Assembly: GCF_009914755.1 (NCBI RefSeq)
Contig: NC_060927.1
Length of the DNA: 64,000 nucleotides
Direction: 5' to 3' (one strand)
Source of the DNA: the human T2T-CHM13v2.0 reference genome, Homo sapiens
The position numbers and the translations under genes were made by a program. Below the pieces are notes generated by a model that did not search any database, was not told where the DNA came from, and saw only the letters and a program-made list of their open reading frames with translations. This document shows positions 53,923 to 64,000 of the stretch, piece after piece (position 1 is the stretch's first letter; the number at the start of each line of letters is the position of its first letter).

Positions 53923-54699
53923 TAAAAATGTATTCTTAAACAAAAAATGAAAAATAAAAATTGCCCTGCGAAAGACACTCTTAAAGGAATCAAAAGAGAG
54001 GCCACAGACTTGGAGAAAATATTTGCAAAACATGTATCTAAAAAAGTATTGCTGTCCACAAGCTTAAAGAACTTTAAAAACTCAACAATAAGAAAACAAC
54101 CTAATTTAAACATTGGTAAAATTTCTGAACAGATATCACCAAAGAGGCTATATGGATCACAAATAAGCATATGAAAATATGCTTTGCCTCATATGCCATT
54201 AGGGAATTAGGATGGGTCTAGAGTGGCTTTACTTTAGGAATTCTTTAGTCCTACCACTAAGGTAAAATCTTTTTGGGGTTACTACTGAATGCCTCTGGTT
54301 GAGCATTGAGATATCTCTACTCTTGGTGTTTGAAATTCAAATACCTTTCAGTGTTCTGTCAGCTCTCGGATACATTCAGCTCTGGAATTCAGGTAACTTC
54401 GAGTGCTATGTAAGCTGTCAAGTCTAAACATCTCTTGGGTTTCCACTTCTTTTCTGTGAAGCCCCATGCAGGTAAAATAAAAATATTACCATCAATAACA
54501 TTTATAAACTCATTCTACCATTAATGTCATTTGTTAATTTAATTTGCAACACTCAAGTAGAAAACGTTAAGAGGTTGGAGAAAATTTTTCCTTCTCTACA
54601 ACATCTATTCCATGATATATATCCCATAAATGTATAAACACAAGTATATAGATTTGATCCTTACAGAAATTAAAAGATAATAAAGACAACAAAAATAGT

Positions 54700-54810
54700 G
54701 CATAAAGCTTGAGCAATTGATTTAGAAAACCCTGGATTAGAATTCTACTTCTATCATGCCCTGGTTTTTTGATCATGAAAAATCACTTAATTTCTCAATG
54801 CTTAGAACAG
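54700..54810 (+). mobile_element. Probable MIR core remnant
   Basis: cctggattagaattctacttct...aaatcacttaatttctc resembles the MIR core. Confidence 0.5.
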
Positions 54811-55639
54811 TATCATTCTAATATTGTATATAACAGAATGTTAAAATGATAGTTTAAATTGAGGTCTCCAAAACTAGGTGGCAAATATTCCCCAAATTCC
54901 AAAGCAAGGCACTAAATCACCTTGGCAAGGCTTGAAGAGAAAATGAAAAAGTAATTTATGACTCTTAGGTAACCACCCAACTCAATTAATAAGAGAAGTT
55001 AGAGAGGCCAAGAGAGATGTTAGAGATTATAAATATTTCTTTAAAGGGAGTTTTGGTGGTTTTTAAGCCTCCCCTATTTTTGAAGAAGTAGGAAATGCTT
55101 CCCTATCTCCCTATGCTGGACCTAGTGAAAAGGAGTTTTCAAAATGATTCCTTGGACAGCTTAGGATGTACACAGTAGATTGAGGGAGTAGTTGGGATAG
55201 CAAGAAATACTATTGCTTATAACTCAACCCTATATGGTTTGCTCTTTTAAAGTATACATTATATATAAGTGGGTTTTCTCTAAATATAAATATTATAATG
55301 CAAATATTTTCTCTTGAATAATCAGATCTGAGCCTGAGTTCTCATATAGCAATTATCAGCTGAAGCTGAAGCATAGCTGCTTCTTTAAATTGTACAGACT
55401 TTCCAGTTTACTAAAGGTTTTACTGTTCCATATATTTCTTACACTTTATTCACTTAAGTTAATTTTTAACTGTCTAAATTTTGCAGGTATTTGAATTTCC
55501 AAAACCTGCTCTTGGCTCTCAAATTCCAATAGTTTCTGTAAACCGTGAACTGTTGACTCAGATATATTTTTACCTGGTACATGGGATTATATTAGTTGTC
55601 TTATCTGGCATTTAGGAATAAATTGCTTAATGAATAAAC

Positions 55640-56420
55640 ATCCTACTAAAACCAGCCTTACTGCCTCTGTTTTTGAATCCCTCTAGAGCATTACTTATAT
55701 AAAGTAATTTTTAAAAGTATATCATTAAATTATATTATAATTATTTATATATTTATAATATATAAATTATATAAATTTATAAATATATCTATAATTTTAT
55801 AAATTATATCAATATATCATAATGTATAATATATTAATGTTAATAATATATTAGTATTATCAATATATTATATATAAATATATTTATAATTTTATAAGTT
55901 ATATATAATTATAATTAAATTATATTATAATTAAATTATATTTAATTCCCATGCTTAAAAGCCTTCAGTGACTTTTCATTACATCTAAAATAAAATTCAA
56001 ATGTATCACCTTGATTTAAAGGTGTCTATATGATCAAGTACTTGCTTCTTCTCCAACCTCAATCACTGTGTTCCAAGCACCATTAACCTTTTACAGTTCT
56101 TTTAATAACTCAAGTTAATTCACAATTAAATGTCTTTGTTCTAGATCACCTGGATTATTGCCTGGTTAAATCTTTTATATTCATGCCTGAGCTTTAAAGT
56201 CACCTACTAACAGAGCCTTTCCTTAAGAGACAACCACAAAACACTCTTTATCACATATTCCTATTTTATTTTCATTATAACACATCACTAGCTTATATTT
56301 TCTCATTTTGCTTATTTGTTTGCTGTTGCTTCCCTTCAAGTAAAATATAGCAATATGAGAGCAAGGGCTTTTATGTCTTGTTCACTGATATATCCTCATA
56401 TGTACAACAGTGCTCAATGG
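55640..56420 (+). mobile_element. L2 3' remnant
   Basis: gcttaaaagccttcagtgac, taaaataaaattcaaa, atgagagcaaggg...tcttgttcactg. Confidence 0.7.
55716..55945. repeat. AT-rich low-complexity expansion
   Basis: About 230 bp of almost pure A/T. Confidence 0.95.
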
Positions 56421-56652
56421 TTTGGCAGTTAGGTAATTTATGACCTTAGCTAATGTAGTTTCAGAGAAAAGATGGATGACAAAGTTTGATGAACATAGGG
56501 CAAAGACTGAATGCAAGTTGAATAAGCAGAGAAAGCATCCGTTAGTGATTCAAGAAATTTGACACTGAAAGAATAGGAATAAGAGAAAAGAGTAACTAAA
56601 AGAGGAAGAAAAAGTAAAATCAGGAAGAGGTGGCAGATATATAATATAGTTA

Positions 56653-56725
56653 TATACATATGTAACAAACCTTCACGTTGTGCACATGTACCCTAAAACT
56701 TAAAGTATTATTAAAAAATATATAT
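56653..56725 (+). mobile_element. Minimal ~70-bp L1PA 3' tip insertion
   Basis: tatacatatgtaacaaacc...cctaaaacttaaagtat. TSD atatagttatat at 56644-56655 and 56726-56737. Confidence 0.9.
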
Positions 56726-56739
56726 ATATAGTTATATTT

Positions 56740-56927
56740 CTAGGTTGCACTACAAAAAGAGGTTATTCCAAGCAGCCCTCACTTCCATAAGTTTCTGCTT
56801 TTAGTCAGACAAGGGAAGCTCTGAGTAGACTTCTTTCTACATCTGTTGATTCTCAGTTGCCTTCAGCTCAAAATAATCCATATGCCAAAGTGGCATATAT
56901 TGGTGTGGCATATTCTGATCCTCTTCA
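56740..56927 (-). mobile_element. MER34/MER39-family ERV1 LTR fragment
   Basis: ccttcagctcaaaataatcc...gccaaagtggcata...gtggcatattctgatcctcttca terminal motif. Confidence 0.65.
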
Positions 56928-56944
56928 AAATGAATGTAAGTTTT

Positions 56945-57017
56945 TCTATTTATGTGTATATATGTATATATATATGTGTTTGTATATGTGTATGTGTGTT
57001 TATATATATGTATATAT
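56945..57017. repeat. (TATG/TA)n microsatellite
   Basis: Seen directly. Confidence 0.9.
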
Positions 57018-57264
57018 CCATTGGATTCCTAAATCCTATAAGCACATGATCAAAATATGTCTCATTCCATTTCAGAATACTTTTGAGAGCCATGTAAATC
57101 CAATGTGTTAATACATTCTGAAAGAGAGTACTCAAATTCATATAGTTAATCATGATTTAAGGAAATTAGTGTAAGAAAAGGAAAAAGTCACCCCCGTGGG
57201 ATATCAGGGTCAAGAGGAACTGAAAGGTTAACTTAATAGCATCCATGTAGGGTAAGTCCTTTGA

Positions 57265-57721
57265 ATCTTACAGTTTTGGAGATCAGAATCCCAAAATGAG
57301 TCTCACTTGGTTAATATCAATGTGTTGGAAGAGCTGCACTTCTTTCTGGAGGCTGTAGGGAAGAATTTGTTTTCCTTCCTTTTTCAGCTTCTAAAGGCTG
57401 CCTTTGTTCTTTGGCTCTTGGCCCCTTTCCATCCTCAAAGTCCACAGTGGTCAGTGGAGTCTATTTCATGTTGCATTACCCTGACACTAACTCCCTGTGT
57501 CTTTTTTTGTTTGTTTTTTTCACTTATAAGGACTCTTGTAGTTACGGTGAGCCCACCTGAATAATCCAAGATAATCTCCCCATCTCATGGTCAGCCAAAC
57601 AGTGACCTTCATTCCATCTGCAACCTTAATTTCACCTTGTCATGTAACATAACATATTCAAAGGTTTCAGGGATCAGGACATGGACATCTTCAGGGCTGG
57701 TGCATTATTCTACCTACTACA
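57265..57721 (-). mobile_element. MLT1 (MLT1D-like) MaLR LTR
   Basis: tcttacagttttggag...tgtaacataacatattca...ggacatggacatct...attattctacctactaca. Confidence 0.85.
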
Positions 57722-58781
57722 CTGATAGTCACCCTATATTTTATTCTTCACCTTTCCTTTCATATATCCTCAGCTCTCAGCTATTAGTTTGATTTTTTCT
57801 ACTTTTCTCTATCACCATAACTTTTTGAGTACTCTGTAAACTGTCACTTGATTTATTTGGTGATATGCAATAGGGCCAGAAATAATCTGTTCTGGAAATA
57901 AAAATTCAGTCAGTTAAATTTCTTCAGAAATCACATACGCAATATACATTTGTTAAATAAATTAATTAATACAAGTATGTATTCAAAAATTGTATCTAAA
58001 TTAATAGAAACATTAGAATTAATTTGTTTTCACAGCTGAATTATTTCAAAATCACTGACTACATTTTCATTAAGTTTAGAAGTATTAAGTGGATTGTTTG
58101 CTGTGTAATACATAGATTATTATGCTATTAATAAATAGAAATAATAACTTTTTCAGGCTATAGCAGAAATTTTTGCAGTATTTTCTTTTCTCTAGTTGAT
58201 ATTATTAGTAATGGAAAAATTAATTGGTACTCTATAACTTGCTTGATCAATGGCTGTAAGTTACTAGAATATCCTCAAAAACTTAGAAATTTTTATGTAG
58301 GTCTTCTTTCCTCAAAAATCATTGCAAGAGTCTTGTAGTGATTATATGATATTCAAAAGTAAAGCTATCCACTGCTGTGTGTTCCCAGGTTGTCCCTTAC
58401 ATTTTCTATAGTAGAAACATCAAAAATATTCTAAGGAGATCTTTTAGAAATATTGCTTCATTTATATTTACAGTCAGTTTTCAAAAATAAGATTATCATT
58501 TTCTTTGGAGATCTTGTATAAGCCATTGGAACCATCATTTTTTTCTGGTAGTAGCAAAGAAAATAAAAGAAAACCTACCAATAATTTAAATTTAAATAGT
58601 AATCAGTGCAGTGGCTATATCCTCACTTCTGTTACTTTGCTTCCTTCACTGAGCCAAAATTCCACATTCAGGTTCTGTTTTTGTACCACTTAATTCCTGA
58701 CAACAACTGCCATATAAGTTGTGGTTCTTAATTGCTAACAATAGAAACTAGTTGGCTGATTGATTAGAAAGGGAGTTTATT

Positions 58782-60548
58782 CTCCCATTCACAATTGCTA
58801 CAAAGAGAATAAAATACCTAGGAATACAACATACAAGGGATGTGAAGGACCTCTTCAAGACGAACTACAAACTACTGCTCAAGAAAATAAGAGAGGACAC
58901 AAACAAATGGAAAAACATTTCATGCTCATGGATAGGAAGAATCAATATCGTGCAAATGGCCATACTGACCAAAGTAATTCATAGATTCAATGCTATCCCC
59001 GTCAAGCTACCACTGACTTTCTTCACAGAATTAGAAAATACTACTTTAAATTTCATATGGAACCAAAAAAGAGCCCATATAGCCAAGACAATCCTAAGCA
59101 AAAAGAACAAAGCTGGAGGCATCACGCTATGTGACTTCAAACTATACTACAAGGCTTACAGTAACCAAAACAGCATGGTACTGGTAACAAAACAGATATA
59201 TAGACCAATGGAACACAACAGAGGCCTCAGAAATAACACCACACATCTACAACCATCTGATCTTTGACAAACCTGACAAAAACAAGAAATGGGGAAAGGA
59301 TTCCCCATTTTATAAATGGTGTTGGGAAAACTGGCTAGCCATATGCAGAAAAGTGAAACTGGACCCTTTCCTTACACCTTATACAACAATTAATGCAAGA
59401 TGGATTAAAGACTTAAACGTAAGACCTAAAACCATGAAAACCCTAGAGGAAAACCTAGGCAATACCATTCAGGACATAGGCATGGGCAAAGTCTTCGTGA
59501 CTAGAATACCAAAAGCAATGGCAACAAAAGGCAAAATTGACAAATGGGATCTAATTAAACTAAAGAGATTCTGCACAGCAAAAGAAACTATCATCTGAGT
59601 GAACAGGTAAGCTACAGAATGGGAGAATTTTTTTTGAATCTATCCATCTGACAAAAGACTAATATGCAGAATCTACAAGGAACTTAAACAAATTTACAAG
59701 AAAAAAAAAACCCCATGAAAAAGTGGGCAAAGGATATGAACAGAGACTTCTCAAAAGAAGACATTTATGAGGCCCACATACATATGAAAAAAAGCTCATC
59801 ATCGCTGGTCATTAGAGAAATGCAAATCAAAACTACAATGAGATACCATCTCATGCCAGTTACAATGGTGATTATTAAAAAGTCAGGAAACGACAGAAGC
59901 TGGAGAGGATGTGGAGAAATAGGAACACTTTTACACTGTTGGTGGGTGTGTAAATTAGTTCAACCATTGTGGAAGACAGTGTGATGATTCCTCAAGGATC
60001 TAGAACCAGAAATACTATATGACTCAGCAATCCCATTACTGGGTGTATACCCAAAGGATTATAAATCATGCTGCTATAAAGACACATGCACACATATGTT
60101 TATTGTGGCACTATTCACAATAGCAAAGACTCGGAACCAACCCAAATGCCCATCAGTGATAGGAGTGGATAAAGAAGATGTGGTGCATATATACCATGGA
60201 ATATTATACAGCCATAGAAAAGGATGAGTTCATGTCCTTTGCAGGGACATGGATGAAGCTGGAAATTGTGATTCTCAGCAAACTAACACAGGAACAGAAA
60301 ACCAAACACTGCATGTTCTCACTCAGAAGTGGGAGTTGAACAATGAGAACACATGGATACAGCATGGCGAACATCACACACCGGGGCATGTTGCGGGGTG
60401 TGGGACTAGGGGATGGATAACATTAGGAGAAATACCTAATGTAGATGATGGGTTGATGGGTGCAGCAAACCACCATGGCACGTGTATACCTATGTAACAA
60501 ACCAGCACGTTCTGCACCTGTATCCCAGTACTTAAAGTATAAAAAACA
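58782..60548 (+). mobile_element. 5'-truncated L1PA7-type LINE-1
   Basis: ORF2 C-terminal fragments and 3'UTR ggagaaatacctaatgtagatga..gcaaaccaccatggcacg. Confidence 0.92.
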
Positions 60549-60747
60549 TATAAATTCCCAGAATTCCCAGGCCCCACCCTAGAACTACTGATCAGAAATT
60601 CTCAGTGTAGGGCTCAGCCATCTGTGTATTAACATGTCCTGTAGAAGATTTTGATGCATGATAAAGCTTGAGAATCAATATTTTAGGAAAATTCAATGGC
60701 TTTTTAAACCTGATCAATTAAAGCAATAGCTCCCCTCTCCTCAAAAA
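60549..60747 (+). other. 3'-transduced sequence containing a MER5-like fragment (~60555-60677), ATTAAA signal and short A tail
   Basis: Lies inside the exact 16-bp TSD agaaagggagtttatt (58766-58781 and 60748-60763). ATTAAA at 60717-60722, A run from 60743. Confidence 0.85.
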
Positions 60748-60999
60748 AGAAAGGGAGTTTATTAAATGGATATTGGGTAACTTACTGGGAGAGCTGGAAA
60801 AATGAGTTCAAGACAAGCTTCCAAGAGCAACATCGCAAACCATGCTATAGAAGTGACCTAATGTGGATGTATTGACACTCTTAAAACAAATTATGATCTC
60901 TTCTCCCACTGTATCTTTATTGCATGTGAGAATTACTCAGAGAAGGAAAAGGCTGAAAGATAAGCAGCAAGCAGTTCGTGAAACACCCCATAAACCACA

Positions 61000-62290
61000 T
61001 GATTAAAACCCCATAAGGAATTTGAATATTATTCTCGTGGCAGGAGACTTTTAAACAGGAATGGCATTATGAGATTTTCATTGTAGAAAGATGACTGAGG
61101 ATGCATTGTGGAAAATAGGTTGGAAGCAAGGTCAGAATACACAACAATAGGATGTTTATGTACATGTATGTGCATACATATATGTATATGTATATCCTAT
61201 TGGCAACCAATAGGATGTATATGTATATATCTATGTATGTGTATATATTTCTATTTCTGTCTATTCATCAATCAATCAATCAACTATCTAGATTGTTTTA
61301 AGAAATTGGCTCACACAACTATGGAGGCTGGCAAATCCAAAATCTGTAGGGCAGGTTGGCAGGCTGGAGACCCAGGGATGATTGATGTTGCTGTCTTACA
61401 TCTAAAGGCAGTCTGGAGTCAGAATTCTTTCTCAGGGAACTTGGTCTTATAAGGCCTTCAACAGAAGGCCAATCCATATTATGAAGGGTAACCTGCTGTA
61501 TTCAAAATCTGCTGATTTAAATATTAATCACATAAAAAATATCTTCATAGCAAGATTTAGACTGGTATTTGGTCAAAAACTGGGTACCTAAGTGGACATA
61601 AAATTAACCACTACACAAGGAGACCAGTTAAGGAGTTGCAATGTGAAAGATTTGATAGTAGCATTAAGAATGGGCAAAAATAGATGTACTCAAGAGATGC
61701 TTCAAAGTAGAATTGACTAACATAATATGCTGAATTTGGAATAGAATAACAGATGATAGGCCTGACCATCATAGTGGAAGGTTTTGCCACTCACTGAGAT
61801 AGGATACAGAAAAAGCAAAGCAGGATTTGGTAGGAAAGATAACCAGTTTGTTACGTGCTAAGTATAAGATTTTTGTGGTACATGCAAGTAGAGTGATCTA
61901 CTGAGTATTTAGATACATTTTCTGAAATTTGGGGAAGAATTCTGAGCTGCAGATAAAGATTTTGGAATCATAAACATATAATGGTAATTGAAGGCTGAGA
62001 TGGCCCAGGAGGAGTGAGTAAGGTATGAAAAGAAGTAGGTCTAGAAAAGAATGTAGGAAAATATATAAGCAGTAGAGAAAAATAATTTCCCAAGGGAACT
62101 TTAGAAGTGATGGGCAAAAAAAAAAAAGAAATTGGAGAGTCTTGTTATTATAAAAAGCCAAAGGAAGAAGAATGTATCATGAAGAAAGGTTTGATTATAA
62201 AGTCAAATATTGCAATAGGGATCAAATTAGAGAAAGACTGAAAAGTGATCATTGAATTTAGCTACTAGAAAGTTGTTATTCGTGACCTTA
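61000..62290 (-). mobile_element. L2 remnant interrupted by an MLT2 LTR
   Basis: ttttaaacaggaatggcattatgagattt, gccactcactgagatagg and cattgaatttagc motifs. Confidence 0.7.
61140..61615 (-). mobile_element. MLT2 (ERV-L) solo LTR with internal TATG microsatellite
   Basis: aattggctcacac...ggaggctggcaaatccaaaatctg...gacataaaattaaccactaca. Confidence 0.85.
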
Positions 62291-62308
62291 TTAGCCACTA
62301 GGTAATAA

Positions 62309-63472
<1,164 letters not shown>

Positions 63473-64000
63473 AATAAATTCGTGTGTTTTTTATGGTATA
63501 TTTACCCACTTGGTGTTAAACCAATACATTACCAAGTAGTCTGTAATTGTATTTGTAATTTTAGCATTAACTGCTATATATTCTTATAAGTAAGAACTTT
63601 TTTTAATAATTGAAAGATAAATTATAGTGTTTTATATAAAATTATATACTTTGAGTTTTGTGAACATTTGTTATAATTATATAAACTAAATGTCACAGCT
63701 GAAAAGTATCAAGCAGCCTGTGAAAACATGAATTAAACTGATTAATACATTACTGCTTTAAGAAATACTTAAAAGATCTTGAAATATTTTAACTCTTATT
63801 AAAAATAGTATTTTCTCATGCCATTTCTATGTTTTTAAAAATTGATTCTATGCAAGTCTTTTGGATAGTAACTACTAAAATAGCACTAGGAAACTAAGCT
63901 TTGGATATTATTTTAAAATGAGCATCTATAATATGCCACTCTCTAGGTAGCAAATGGAGGTTAGTGATATAAACAAAACATAAAACCATTGTTTTCTTTA

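Larger units (their letters stand above)
58715..60830 (-). mobile_element. Ancient MLT1-type LTR remnant interrupted by the L1 insertion
   Basis: ggttcttaattgctaacaatagaaac...agaaagggagtttatt joins across the insertion to aaatggatattgggtaactta. Confidence 0.5.

Noticed and set aside
55487-55640. Possible plus-strand terminal exon (ttttgcag then 42 open codons VFEFPKPALG..., AATAAA downstream)
   Set aside because: No recognisable protein similarity or partner exons, and the AATAAA motifs lie in an L2-tail-like sequence. Compatible with chance.
58771-58786. gggag-tttatt-ctccc hairpin as a 5' micro-inversion of the L1
   Set aside because: The gggagtttatt part is fully explained as target-site sequence duplicated at 60748-60763.

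Overview
This is human genomic DNA, identified by a human-specific L1HS pre-Ta diagnostic at 63343-63345. Most of the window is transposable-element derived and I found no supportable cellular gene, RNA gene or novel protein system. Positions 1-54200 are an almost continuous stack of nested LINE-1 elements of many ages (L1M, L1MA, L1PB, L1PA13-16, L1PA7, L1PA5, L1PA3/4), with four Alus, a decayed ERV-L internal region and a Tigger2a. Positions 54200-64000 are older, AT-rich sequence with L2, MIR and MLT relics plus three younger L1 insertions. All long ORFs are broken L1 ORF1/ORF2 fragments or their antisense shadows. The most noteworthy structures are: (1) an L1PA7-type insertion carrying a ~195-bp 3' transduction bounded by a perfect 16-bp TSD; (2) non-consensus variants shared between neighbouring L1PA copies, suggesting local gene conversion; (3) a full-length L1PA3/4 with the 129-bp ZNF93 segment and an open, extended 163-aa ORF0; (4) a three-level nest of L1s with readable TSDs; (5) an L1 with a deletion-inversion-deletion rearrangement; (6) two tail-less Alus at deletions; and (7) a young pre-Ta (ACG/A) L1HS. 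Subfamily calls come from remembered diagnostic sequence, and boundaries of old elements are approximate.
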